This document shows, piece after piece, positions 9,907-19,532 of a stretch of 64,000 bases of DNA. The stretch covers positions 64,001 through 128,000 of the forward strand of contig CAVQJC010000004.1 in assembly GCA_963712745.1 (NCBI GenBank), read 5' to 3'. Position numbers and translations under genes: made by a program. This DNA is from an uncultured Chloroflexia bacterium. Lineage in GTDB: Bacteria; Chloroflexota; Limnocylindria; Limnocylindrales; CSP1-4. The notes beneath the pieces are model-generated. The model was not told the DNA's origin and made no database searches. It saw only the letters and a program-made list of their open reading frames with translations. How positions within the stretch are numbered: position 1 is the first letter of the stretch; each line of letters opens with the position of its first letter.

Positions 9907-11649
9907 ATGGGATTGATGAACGACGACGTCCTCGGGCAGTTCCTGGGGGACGATTCGTTCCCGATCGAGTGGACGTCCGAGACCGAGAAGCGTCTCTTCT
10001 GGGTCTATGACGACCTGCACTGCCCCAAGCCGCTGAGCCCGATGTACGAGGACATCGGCGGCTGGTGGCTGTCCTGCGACCACATGTTCCGCCGCTTCGG
10101 AACGCCCTTCGCGACCGATTGGATCTACAAGAACATCAACGGCTACCTCTACACCGCGGCCATCCCGGCCGAGGCAGGGATCAACGTCGAGACGCAGGAG
10201 TACAACCTGCGCACCAACCCGATCGTGCCGGAGTCGAGCGACGCCGACTACGCCGAGAAGATCGGCGCGTACCTGAATGCGACCCTCGGCGTCTACGGCC
10301 AGAACTTCGTGACCTGGTGGCGCACGCGCTTCGTGCCCGAGATGCAGCGTAACTTCGACTACATCGAGGGCATGCTCGAGCAGAAGGACGAGCTCAGCCT
10401 GGCCGACCTGGCGGTCCTCCTCGAAGACGCTATCGACATGCATGACCGCCACTGGAAGATCCACTGGATGCTGAACTTCGCGCAGCTGTCTGCGACGCTC
10501 AACCTGCGGGCGGTCATGGAGGAGACGCACGGCGCGGCCGACGAGGTCCTGCTCGGTCGACTGCAGAACTCGGCCAACGACCGCAACTGGGACAAGATCC
10601 GCGCCCTCTGGGAGATGAAGGAGGAGGTCAAGGGCGACGCGGAGATGTCGCAGATCTTCGCTGCCGAGACGGCCATCGAGATCGTACCCGCGCTGCAGGC
10701 CAGCGGCCGCGGCCAGCGCTTCATCGAGGAGCGCGTGGTGCCGTACCAGATGGAGTTCGGGTGGCACGCGGTCTGGAGCCACGAGTTCGTGTTCCCCACC
10801 TTCCGCGAGGACATGACCCCCATCATCCAGCTCATCCGCGACCAGTACGCGTCCGACTACGACTTCAACAAGGCCATCGACGACCTCAAGGCCGATATCG
10901 ACGCGGCCGCAGTGGAGATCCTCGAAGGGCTGGACGGTGAAGCGCTCGAGAAGATGCGAGCCGCCAACGAGATCAACCTCAAGATGGCGCCGCTCACGCC
11001 CGACCACCACTTCTACATCGACCAGGGTGCCAATGCCCACGTCCGCCTGGTGCTCATCGCCATCGGCGAGAAGCTCGTCGAGGCCGGCGCACTGGACAAG
11101 GCCGACGACGTGGTCATGTTCCGCTACAACCAGCTTCGCGCTTTCATCGGGGCTCCTGAGAGCATGGACGGACGCGCCATCGCGGCCGAAGCCTGGGCCA
11201 AGTGGCACGCTGCCGAAGCGGTCCAGCCCAAGGACTGGGTCGGCACCGCCACCGAGGTGCAGCTGGCCTTCCCGTACCTGAACCTGTGGGGCTTCCCCGA
11301 CAAGTTCCATCGCTCCCAGGAGAAGGTGGCCGGCCAGGTCAGCGGCATCGCCGGCTCGCCCGGCGTGATCGAAGGTATCGCGCGCGTGGTCAACTCGGAG
11401 GCCGAGTTCGACAGCCTGCAGGTGGGCGAGATCCTGGTCTGCCAGATGACCAACCCCGCCTGGCAGGTGCTCTACGGCAAGATCATCGCCGTGGTCACCG
11501 ACGCCGGTGGCACCGTCTCGCACCCGGCGGTGCTGGCGCGCGAATACGGCATCCCCGCGGTCGTGGGCACCTCCACCGGTACCTACGACATCAAGACCGG
11601 TGACCGTCTCCGCGTCGACGGCAACGCCGGCGTGGTCGAGATCCTCTAG
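9907..11649 (+). CDS. PEP-utilising enzyme family phosphotransferase: substrate-binding domain plus C-terminal phospho-His swivel domain, no ATP-grasp domain
   Basis: C-terminal GSPGVIEG...GGTVSHPAVLAREYGIPAVVG...DGNAGVVE; no GGKG/VRSS ATP-grasp motifs; AGGAGG SD before ATG 9907. Confidence 0.85.
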   Translation: MGLMNDDVLGQFLGDDSFPIEWTSETEKRLFWVYDDLHCPKPLSPMYEDIGGWWLSCDHMFRRFGTPFATDWIYKNINGYLYTAAIPAEAGINVETQEYNLRTNPIVPESSDADYAEKIGAYLNATLGVYGQNFVTWWRTRFVPEMQRNFDYIEGMLEQKDELSLADLAVLLEDAIDMHDRHWKIHWMLNFAQLSATLNLRAVMEETHGAADEVLLGRLQNSANDRNWDKIRALWEMKEEVKGDAEMSQIFAAETAIEIVPALQASGRGQRFIEERVVPYQMEFGWHAVWSHEFVFPTFREDMTPIIQLIRDQYASDYDFNKAIDDLKADIDAAAVEILEGLDGEALEKMRAANEINLKMAPLTPDHHFYIDQGANAHVRLVLIAIGEKLVEAGALDKADDVVMFRYNQLRAFIGAPESMDGRAIAAEAWAKWHAAEAVQPKDWVGTATEVQLAFPYLNLWGFPDKFHRSQEKVAGQVSGIAGSPGVIEGIARVVNSEAEFDSLQVGEILVCQMTNPAWQVLYGKIIAVVTDAGGTVSHPAVLAREYGIPAVVGTSTGTYDIKTGDRLRVDGNAGVVEIL

Positions 11650-11669
11650 AGGATCGAGCAGCCGCGGCC

Positions 11670-12386
11670 ATGACGGACGACGCCGGGATCACGCGCAGTG
11701 TCCTGAGCGAGCAAGTCAAGGGTCGCCTGCTGCAGGCGATCCTTGACGGTCGCTACCCGCCGGGCGCCCGCATCGTGGAGACCCGCGTGGCCAAGGAGTT
11801 CGGCACCAGCCAGGCTCCGGTGCGCGAGGCTCTGCGAGACCTGGAGGCGCTCGGCGTGGTGGAGACCGCTCCGTTCAAGGGCGCTCGCGTGCGCCAACCG
11901 ACCACTGAGGAGCTGCTGGAGGCTTTCGAGGTTCGCGCCATCCTGGAAGGCCACGGTGCCGTGCTGGCCATGGAGAACGTGACCGAGGAGGAGCTCGCCC
12001 GGCTCAGCGAGCTCATCGAGCTCATGCGCGAGGCAGCCATCGCGGGCGACCCCTTCCGCGAGGCCACCGCCGACACCGAGTTCCACCGGCTGATCATGCG
12101 ACGCTCCGGGAACGCCACCCTCGAGCGCGTCTGGTCGACGCTAGAACCGTTCCTGCGCACGTACATCACGATCGTCTCGCCGGGTGTCGACCGACGCGCG
12201 GTGGCCGATCGGCACATCCCCATCATCGAAGCCCTGCGCCGGCAAAACCCCGTCCTTATCGAGGAGGCCTTCCGGGTCCACTTCGAGGCTGCCGCGGCGG
12301 CCCTGGCCGAGGTCTGGCCGAACCACAGTGGCGACCAGACCACCGATACCCGCACGCCGGACCAGATGCCGGCCATCGCCATCTAG
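11670..12386 (+). CDS. GntR family transcriptional regulator (FCD domain)
   Basis: wHTH YPPGARIVE...GTSQAPVREAL; FCD motif DTEFHRLI...SGN. Confidence 0.93.
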   Translation: MTDDAGITRSVLSEQVKGRLLQAILDGRYPPGARIVETRVAKEFGTSQAPVREALRDLEALGVVETAPFKGARVRQPTTEELLEAFEVRAILEGHGAVLAMENVTEEELARLSELIELMREAAIAGDPFREATADTEFHRLIMRRSGNATLERVWSTLEPFLRTYITIVSPGVDRRAVADRHIPIIEALRRQNPVLIEEAFRVHFEAAAAALAEVWPNHSGDQTTDTRTPDQMPAIAI

Positions 12387-12408
12387 CCCCAGTACGCGAA
12401 AGGACACC

Positions 12409-13299
12409 ATGAGCCCAGAGCTTGTACTCAGCCAGGAGATGTCGGCGGGTCCGGCGCGACTCCGCGTAGACGTGCTCGGCGGCCCGGCCCGCGAAAGCAT
12501 CGTCGACGACATGGACTTCCTCAACTACCGCCTGGCTGCGGTGACCATGGAAGACGCCGTGACCCTCGCCGAGCCGGACGTGCTCTGGGATGTCGGGGCC
12601 GACAAGGAGATCGGCTACGACGGCCACACCATGCGCCTGTCGGGGGACTGGAGCGTGGGCGCTATCCAGAAGGTGCTGGTCACGATGCTGGCCCTGCGCC
12701 TGGAGGCGAAGGGATTGCATCCCTCACATTCCTCGGCGGTGCGGTACCAGGACAAGTCGATCCTCTTCCTGGGCGGCGAGTCGAACCACGGCAAGTCGAT
12801 GGGCCAGATCGAGGCCTGCCGGCGCGGCGGCCTGCTCATCAGCACCGAGACCACCATCATCGACGAGGACGTGCAGGCGGTCATGGGCTCCAAGTCGGTC
12901 TTTCTGCGCGAGAAGCGGGCCAAGGGCACCGAGCGTGCTGACAAGGCCGCTCCGACCCAGGGCGTGAACAAGTTCTGGGGCGACATGCCCACCTGGAACG
13001 AGTATCCAGACGTCAGCGAGATCGATGTGGTGGTGCTGCCGGCCATCGACGGCAACTTCGACCCCAGCACCAAGGAGCTGGGCGAGTTCGAGTCGCAGTT
13101 CCAGGCGTTGCACTCGCTGCAGAACTACTTCCTCACCAATGAGCTGCTGGCGCCGGGTTTCCCCATGCCGCTGACCGATACCGAAGCGCTGCGGCGGGAC
13201 CGAGCCCGGTTCGTTCAGAAGTTCGGTGACCGGCCCTTCTACTTCGTCCGCGCAGCCACCCCGCAGGTGCTCATGGACGAGGTCGACAGGGTCCTCTAG
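12409..13299 (+). CDS. Hypothetical protein with HprK-related P-loop kinase-like motif
   Basis: HSSAVRYQDKSILFLGGESNHGKS resembles the LHASAV...GxSGxGKS motif of HprK-related kinases. Confidence 0.55.
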   Translation: MSPELVLSQEMSAGPARLRVDVLGGPARESIVDDMDFLNYRLAAVTMEDAVTLAEPDVLWDVGADKEIGYDGHTMRLSGDWSVGAIQKVLVTMLALRLEAKGLHPSHSSAVRYQDKSILFLGGESNHGKSMGQIEACRRGGLLISTETTIIDEDVQAVMGSKSVFLREKRAKGTERADKAAPTQGVNKFWGDMPTWNEYPDVSEIDVVVLPAIDGNFDPSTKELGEFESQFQALHSLQNYFLTNELLAPGFPMPLTDTEALRRDRARFVQKFGDRPFYFVRAATPQVLMDEVDRVL

Positions 13300-13319
13300 G
13301 CAGATCCCGGAACAGGCCG

Positions 13320-14189
13320 ATGCGCAGGTTCGCCTACGAGCGTCCCAGGACGCTGGCCGAAGCGACCCGACTCCTGGCGGAGGCGGGCGCGGAGGCGCGC
13401 ATCCTCGCGGGCGGCACCGATCTGGTGGTGGGCCTGCGCGACGGATCCATCAAGCCGGCCGTGGTGGTCGACCTCAAGTGGGTCGAGGACCTCGCCGACC
13501 CGCCGATCGTGGCGGGCGACGGGGCGATCACCTTCGGCGCCCTGGCCACGATGAGCCAGATCGAGCACGATGCGGGGGTGCTGCGCCGCCTGCCGGCCCT
13601 GGCCGAGGCCGCGCGGGTGGTGGGCTCGGTCCAGATCCGCAACCGCGCCACGCTCGCGGGCAACATCTGCAACGGGTCCCCGGCCGCGGATACGACACCG
13701 CCCCAGCTGGTGTACGGCGCGACCGTGGTGGTGGCCGGCCCGGATGGGGAGCGGCGTGTGCCCATCGATGAGTTCGTGCTCGGCCCCAGGCAGGTGGACC
13801 TGCGGCTCGGCGAGCTCGTGGCCGCCATCGAGGTCCCGCTCCCGAAGCCCGGTCTCGGGGCCGCCTACACGCGCCTTGTGCGACGGCGCGGCACCGACCT
13901 GGCCTCGGTCACGATGGCCGTCTCGGTCGACGGGGAAGGGACTGCCCAGCTGGCCTACGGCAGCGTCGGCCCGCGCGCCTTCCTGGTGCGTGACGATAGC
14001 GGGACTCTCGCCGATCCCGACGCGGCGCCTGGGGCCCGGGCCGCCGTGCTGGAAGAGCTGTTGAGCCAGGCCACGCCCTCGCCACGCTCGATCCGGGCCA
14101 GTCCCGACTACCGCCTGGCCATGCTGCGCGTGCTCGCCATGCGCGCACTCGGCTCCGCCATCGAACGCCGCTCGGGGAGTACCGCCTGA
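13320..14189 (+). CDS. Xanthine dehydrogenase-family Mo-hydroxylase, FAD-binding subunit
   Basis: AGGTDL, QIRNRATLAGNICNGSPAAD, RASPDYR. Confidence 0.93.
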   Translation: MRRFAYERPRTLAEATRLLAEAGAEARILAGGTDLVVGLRDGSIKPAVVVDLKWVEDLADPPIVAGDGAITFGALATMSQIEHDAGVLRRLPALAEAARVVGSVQIRNRATLAGNICNGSPAADTTPPQLVYGATVVVAGPDGERRVPIDEFVLGPRQVDLRLGELVAAIEVPLPKPGLGAAYTRLVRRRGTDLASVTMAVSVDGEGTAQLAYGSVGPRAFLVRDDSGTLADPDAAPGARAAVLEELLSQATPSPRSIRASPDYRLAMLRVLAMRALGSAIERRSGSTA

Positions 14190-14665
14190 TGGCCGATCGC
14201 CTCACCATCAACCTCACCATCAACGCTCGCGCGCGCGAGCTGGACGTCGCCGTCCACCACACGCTGCTGGAGGTACTGCGCGACGAGGTCGGCCTGACCG
14301 GCACCAAGGAGTGCTGCGTGGTCGGCGAGTGCGGCGCCTGCACGGTGCTGGTCGACGGGCGTTCGGTCAACTCGTGTCTGATGCTGGCCGTGGAGGCCGA
14401 TGGGGCGGAGGTGCTGACCGTCGAAGGGCTGGCCGAGGATGGCGAGTTGAGTCCGCTGCAGGAAGCCTTCCTCGACGAGGGCGCGGCCCAGTGCGGCTTC
14501 TGTATCCCCGGCCAGTTGATGTCGGCCACGGCCCTGCTCGAGACGGTCGACGATCCGAGCGACGATCAGATCCAGGAGGCGCTGGCGGGCAACCTCTGCC
14601 GCTGCGCCGGCTACGAGCAGATCTTCGCAGCCGTGCGCCAGGCCGCACGCGAGGCGCGGGCATGA
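14189..14665 (+). CDS. Xanthine dehydrogenase-family (2Fe-2S) subunit
   Basis: GTKECCVVGECGACTV, QCGFC, GNLCRCAGY. Confidence 0.95.
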   Translation: MADRLTINLTINARARELDVAVHHTLLEVLRDEVGLTGTKECCVVGECGACTVLVDGRSVNSCLMLAVEADGAEVLTVEGLAEDGELSPLQEAFLDEGAAQCGFCIPGQLMSATALLETVDDPSDDQIQEALAGNLCRCAGYEQIFAAVRQAAREARA

Positions 14666-16935
14666 GCGACCTCCTCATCGGTACCTCGCCCCACCGCGTC
14701 GGTGGCTACGAGCGGGTCACCGGCGCCCAGGCCTATCTGGCCGACATCCACTTCGCCGACGTGCTGCATGCCAAGCTCGTCACGGTCCCGGTCGGCCGGG
14801 CCCGCATCATCAGCATCGACACGCGCGATGCGAAGGCTGTGCCCGGCGTGCGGCTGGTCATGACCGCGGACGACCTGCCCCAGCCGGTCCCGCGCTACGG
14901 GCCGCAGTACCAGGACCGGCCCGTGCTGGCAGTCGGCGAGACGAAGTTCCACGGCGAGCCGGTGGCCGCGGTGGCCGCCGACAGCAGGGACGTGGCCGAG
15001 GAAGCGGCGCGCCTGGTCAGGGTCGAGTACGAAGAGCTGCCCGGCGTCTATACCGTGGCGCAGGCGCTGGCGGCCGATGCGCCGCTCGTGCGCGAACCGG
15101 AGCTGCGCCCCGCGGACGATCCACTGCGGGACAGCAACGTGCTCACCACGCGCGTCTACGGCTGGGGTGACGTGGAGGCGGCCGAGACAGAAGCGGCCTG
15201 CGTCATCGACGAGACCTACTCGTTCCCCATGATCACGCACTTCGCCATCGAGCCGCACGCCTTCGCGGCCGCACCCGATGAGGACGGCATCGCCATCTGG
15301 TCGACCATCCAGCATCCGTACCTGTTGCAGAAGCTGATGGCCCGCCTGCTCGATCTGCCCCTGTCCAAGGTACGGGTCTACGCTCCCGACCCCGGCGGCG
15401 GGTTCGGTGGCAAGCAGAACATCAAGCTCGAACCGCTGGTCGCGTTCATGGCGCTCGACACGGGCCGGCCGGTTCGGCTCGTGCTCAGCCTCGACGAGTC
15501 CTTCCAGGCCGCTCGTCGAGTCTCGGCGGAGGTGCGGGTCCGCACGGGCTTCAGCCCCGATGGCCGTCTGCTCTTCGAGGACATCCGAAGCGACTACCTG
15601 CTGGGTGCCTACGCCGACATCGCCGAACGGGTGGTGGCCAAGAGCCAGTACACCGCAGCCGGCCCCTACAAGGTGCCAAACGTGCGCATCAGCGCGCGCT
15701 CGATCCTCTCCCACACCACGCCGGCCTGTGCCTTCCGTGGCTTCGGCACGCCCCAGGTCAACTGGGCCGTGGAGTCGAACGTGGACGCCGGCGCGCGGGC
15801 ACTGGGCATCGACCGCGCCGAGATCCGCTTGCGCAACCTCGCCACACGCGGCGAGGAAGTGGTGCCTAACGACACGCCCGCCGACGGCCTCTGGCCCGAG
15901 ACCGTGGAGAAGGCCATGGATCTCATCGGCTGGGAGTCGCCGCTGCCGGAGGGCCACGGACGCGGCATCGCCGTGGGCATCAAGTCGAGTGCGACTACGG
16001 GCCTGTCGTATTCGACCGTGCGCTTGCTGGCCGACGGCAGCGTGGTGGTCTACGCGGGCACCAGCGACATGGGCCAGGGAGCCCGCACCATCTTCGCCCA
16101 GGTCGCGGCCAACGAACTGGGCGCACCGCTCGAGTGGGTCAACGTGATCATGGGCGACACCGCCGTCGTGCCCTACGACCAGCAGACCTCGGCCAGCCGC
16201 TCGACCGTCTTCATGGGCAACGCCATCATGCGCGCCTGCCGCGACATCCAGGCCCAGGTTCGGACCATGGCCTCCGCCGCGGAGAGCGTGCCCGAGAGCC
16301 AGATCGTGGTGGCTGAGGGCGTCGTCAGCCTGCCCGATCGCGATGTAACGATGCTGGAGGTGGCGAGGGCCGGCCTGGGCAAGCTGGGTGGTGAGCTCAT
16401 CGGCAACGGCATGTACCGCAAGGAGGTCGAGCCGGACCACCCGCTCGGCGGCAGCCCGGCGTTCTACGAGTTCAACTGCACAGCCATCGAGCTGTCGGTG
16501 GACGAGGACACCGGCCACATCACCATCCACAAGCACGTCATCGTGGGTGACACGGGCAAGTCGCTGAACCCGGGCCAGGTGACGGGCCAGGACGAGGGTG
16601 CGGCCATCATGGGCCTCGGCCACACGCTTATGGAGCACATCATCCTCGACGAGAACGGCGCCATCCGGAACCTCGGTGCCATCGACTACCGCATCCCCAC
16701 CTCCATGGACCTGCCCAGGCACATGGAGAGCGCCGCCATCGAGAACGAGGACGGGCCGGGACCGTACGGGTCCAAGGGCGTGAGCGAGGGCGGACTGCTC
16801 TCGGTCCAGTCTGCGGTGGGCGCAGCCTTGGCCGATGCCACGGGCGTCGTCATCCGGGAGCTGCCCCTCACACCGGAGCACGTGTGGCGGTGCCTGCGGG
16901 ACGCGCGCACGGACCAAGGCGGGACCCGCACCTAG
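14662..16935 (+). CDS. Xanthine dehydrogenase-family molybdopterin-binding subunit
   Basis: GGGFGGK, AFRGFGTPQ, DMGQG, TSASRS, GPYGSKGVSE with catalytic Glu; ATGA overlap at 14662. Confidence 0.94.
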   Translation: MSDLLIGTSPHRVGGYERVTGAQAYLADIHFADVLHAKLVTVPVGRARIISIDTRDAKAVPGVRLVMTADDLPQPVPRYGPQYQDRPVLAVGETKFHGEPVAAVAADSRDVAEEAARLVRVEYEELPGVYTVAQALAADAPLVREPELRPADDPLRDSNVLTTRVYGWGDVEAAETEAACVIDETYSFPMITHFAIEPHAFAAAPDEDGIAIWSTIQHPYLLQKLMARLLDLPLSKVRVYAPDPGGGFGGKQNIKLEPLVAFMALDTGRPVRLVLSLDESFQAARRVSAEVRVRTGFSPDGRLLFEDIRSDYLLGAYADIAERVVAKSQYTAAGPYKVPNVRISARSILSHTTPACAFRGFGTPQVNWAVESNVDAGARALGIDRAEIRLRNLATRGEEVVPNDTPADGLWPETVEKAMDLIGWESPLPEGHGRGIAVGIKSSATTGLSYSTVRLLADGSVVVYAGTSDMGQGARTIFAQVAANELGAPLEWVNVIMGDTAVVPYDQQTSASRSTVFMGNAIMRACRDIQAQVRTMASAAESVPESQIVVAEGVVSLPDRDVTMLEVARAGLGKLGGELIGNGMYRKEVEPDHPLGGSPAFYEFNCTAIELSVDEDTGHITIHKHVIVGDTGKSLNPGQVTGQDEGAAIMGLGHTLMEHIILDENGAIRNLGAIDYRIPTSMDLPRHMESAAIENEDGPGPYGSKGVSEGGLLSVQSAVGAALADATGVVIRELPLTPEHVWRCLRDARTDQGGTRT

Positions 16936-16961
16936 CCAGCACCAGGACGAGGAGGAGAGAG

Positions 16962-17870
16962 ATGCCCAGGCCAGAAGAGATGCCCAGGCCGGGGGAGGTC
17001 GGTCCCATCAAGGACATGCCCGCGGAGCAGGTGGTCAAGGCCGCCGCCATGATCAAGCAGGGCAGGATGATCTCGCTGGCGGCAACGCGATTCGATGGCA
17101 TGCCGCTGTTCCCCGGACACCCGCCCTTCCAGGTACTCAACGCGGTCAGCCCGCGCGGCATCGTCAACCAGGGTCGCCAGCCCTGGGGGCCGGTCAACGA
17201 GGCCAACCTCGGCTACATGGCCGAGTACCTGATGTGCACCTCGCACTCGGGTGCCCACATCGACGGTCTCGCCCACATGACCATCGGCGAGGACATGCAC
17301 TGGTATGGCGGCGGCCAGGCGGACAAGCACCTCACCGACCACGGTCCCAACTTCGGCGATGCCAGCAAGATGCCCCCGTTCTTCACCCGCGGCATCTTCC
17401 TCGATGTGCCCAACCATCGCGGTGTCCCGCACCTCAAGCACGGCGAGGTCGTGGATGCGGCCGAGCTGGAGGACATCGCCAAGGCGCAGGGCGTCGAGGT
17501 CCGCCAGTGGGACGTGGTCGTCATCCGCACCGGCTACATGAGCCTGTGGCCGGACTTCGACGCGATGATGGCCAACAAGACCGCCGGCCCGGACATCAGC
17601 GCGGCGGACTGGCTGCTCAAGAAAGGCGTCGTCGCGACCGGCACCGATACCGAGACCTACGAGGTCCAGCCGGCGCCCGACCTGGGCCCCGAGGGCAATC
17701 CGCAGCCGGTCCACAAGCACCTGCTCATCGACAACGGCATCTATCTCATGGAAAGCCTCGACCTCGAGGAGCTGGCTCGCGAGAAACTCTACGAGTTCGC
17801 CTTCATCGCGCTGCCCATCAAGATCAAGGGCGCGACCGCATCCATGGTCGATCCCGTCGCCGCCATCTAG
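16962..17870 (+). CDS. Cyclase family metal-dependent amidohydrolase (kynurenine formamidase/isatin hydrolase-like)
   Basis: HSGAHIDGLAH (HxGxHxDxxxH), IRTG, PVHKHLL...GIYLMESL, GATAS. Confidence 0.9.
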   Translation: MPRPEEMPRPGEVGPIKDMPAEQVVKAAAMIKQGRMISLAATRFDGMPLFPGHPPFQVLNAVSPRGIVNQGRQPWGPVNEANLGYMAEYLMCTSHSGAHIDGLAHMTIGEDMHWYGGGQADKHLTDHGPNFGDASKMPPFFTRGIFLDVPNHRGVPHLKHGEVVDAAELEDIAKAQGVEVRQWDVVVIRTGYMSLWPDFDAMMANKTAGPDISAADWLLKKGVVATGTDTETYEVQPAPDLGPEGNPQPVHKHLLIDNGIYLMESLDLEELAREKLYEFAFIALPIKIKGATASMVDPVAAI

Positions 17871-17901
17871 CCCAGTCCAGCCAGTCGAACCCGGAAGGAG
17901 C

Positions 17902-19532
17902 CGCCCCGTGACCGAGACCATGCAGGCACTCGTCGTGCTTGGACCCGAGAAGTTCGAGATCGGGGAGGTCCCGGTCCCCGAGCCCGGCCCGATGGAAGTG
18001 CTCTGCCGGGTCAAGGCGGTGTCGATCTGCGGCACCGACTCGCACCTCATCGCCGGCGACTACCCCGGCTTCTGGCCGCCGGCCTTCCCCATCATCCCCG
18101 GGCACGAGTGGTCCGGTGAGATCGTCAAGCTGGGCCCGGGAGCGGAGAAGGCCGGCTGGCAGCTGGGTGACCGCGTGGCCGGCACGAGCCACGACGCCTG
18201 TGGTGTCTGCCAACCGTGCGTCGAGGGCCGCTACAACCTGTGCGAGAACTACGGCGTGATGGACCTCCATCGCCAGTACGGCCACAACTACCAGGGGGCC
18301 GACGCCGAGTACGTGGTCCACGGCGTCAAATGCATCTTCCCCCTGCCCGACACGGTCAGCTGGGAGGAGGGTGCGGTCATCGACCCCGCATCCATCGCGC
18401 TGCACGTGGCCAACCGTGCCCAGATCCAGCCGGGCGACAACGTCGGCATCATGGGCGGGGGTGCCATCGGCCTGCTCGGCGGCGAGGCCGCCAAGATCCG
18501 CGGCGCCGGCCGGGTCATCATCGTCGAGCCGCTCGAGCTGCGCCGCCAGAAGGCCCTGGACATGGGTTTCGAGGTCATCGACTCCACGGCCGGGGACGCC
18601 GGCGCCAGGCTGCGTGAGATGACCGGGGGCATCGGCGTGGACAAGATCATCGAGGCCGCGGGAGTGCCCATCACCGTGAGGTGGTCCCTGGCGGCGCTGC
18701 GCAAGGGCGGCCGCATCGCGGCCGTCGGTATCCCCAGCAAGGGTGTCGAGATCGACATGCGCGATCTCGTGCTCTACGAGCTCGAGATCGCCGGCTCGCG
18801 CGCCTCGGCCGGCGAGATGCGCCGGGTCATGCCACACGTGGCCGACGGCCGCATGCGGCTGCGGGAGGTCATGAGCCACGAGTTCGCCCTGGCCGACTAT
18901 GCCCATGCCCTGGCCACGTTCCGAGACCCAGGCAGCGGTGCTATCAAGATCATCATCAAGCCCTGACGCGGTCTCGCGCCGTCCGCCCGCTGCCGACCAG
19001 GCCGCCCCCCGCCTGCGCTGGAGTCAGACCATGACCACGATCGCCCCGTGACCGAGACCATGCAGGCACTCGTCGTGCTTGGACCCGAGAAGTTCGAGAT
19101 CGGGGAGGTCCCGGTCCCCGAGCCCGGCCCGATGGAAGTGCTCTGCCGGGTCAAGGCGGTGTCGATCTGCGGCACCGACTCGCACCTCATCGCCGGCGAC
19201 TACCCCGGCTTCTGGCCGCCGGCCTTCCCCATCATCCCCGGGCACGAGTGGTCCGGTGAGATCGTCAAGCTGGGCCCGGGAGCGGAGAAGGCCGGCTGGC
19301 AGCTGGGTGACCGCGTGGCCGGCACGAGCCACGACGCCTGTGGTGTCTGCCAACCGTGCGTCGAGGGCCGCTACAACCTGTGCGAGAACTACGGCGTGAT
19401 GGACCTCCATCGCCAGTACGGCCACAACTACCAGGGGGCCGACGCCGAGTACGTGGTCCACGGCGTCAAATGCATCTTCCCCCTGCCCGACACGGTCAGC
19501 TGGGAGGAGGGTGCGGTCATCGACCCCGCATC
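17902..19532 (+). repeat. 491-bp identical direct repeat (17902-18392 = 19042-19532, offset 1140)
   Basis: Line-by-line identity from CGCCCCGTGACCGAG to GACCCCGCATC. Confidence 0.92.
17908..18966 (+). CDS. Zinc-binding (MDR) alcohol/polyol dehydrogenase, copy 1
   Basis: SICGTD, GHEWSG, CxxCxxC...C structural Zn, GGGAIG Rossmann motif. Confidence 0.92.
   Translation: MTETMQALVVLGPEKFEIGEVPVPEPGPMEVLCRVKAVSICGTDSHLIAGDYPGFWPPAFPIIPGHEWSGEIVKLGPGAEKAGWQLGDRVAGTSHDACGVCQPCVEGRYNLCENYGVMDLHRQYGHNYQGADAEYVVHGVKCIFPLPDTVSWEEGAVIDPASIALHVANRAQIQPGDNVGIMGGGAIGLLGGEAAKIRGAGRVIIVEPLELRRQKALDMGFEVIDSTAGDAGARLREMTGGIGVDKIIEAAGVPITVRWSLAALRKGGRIAAVGIPSKGVEIDMRDLVLYELEIAGSRASAGEMRRVMPHVADGRMRLREVMSHEFALADYAHALATFRDPGSGAIKIIIKP

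Noticed and set aside
9856-11523. Long antisense ORFs (also 14611-16917, 29567-31222, 55128-56642 and others)
   Set aside because: They shadow well-supported genes on the opposite strand, as expected from high-GC codon bias, and show no motifs
13320-16935. Aerobic CO dehydrogenase (coxMSL gene order)
   Set aside because: Active-site loop is AFRGFG, not AYxCSFR or AYxGAGR; no cox accessory genes
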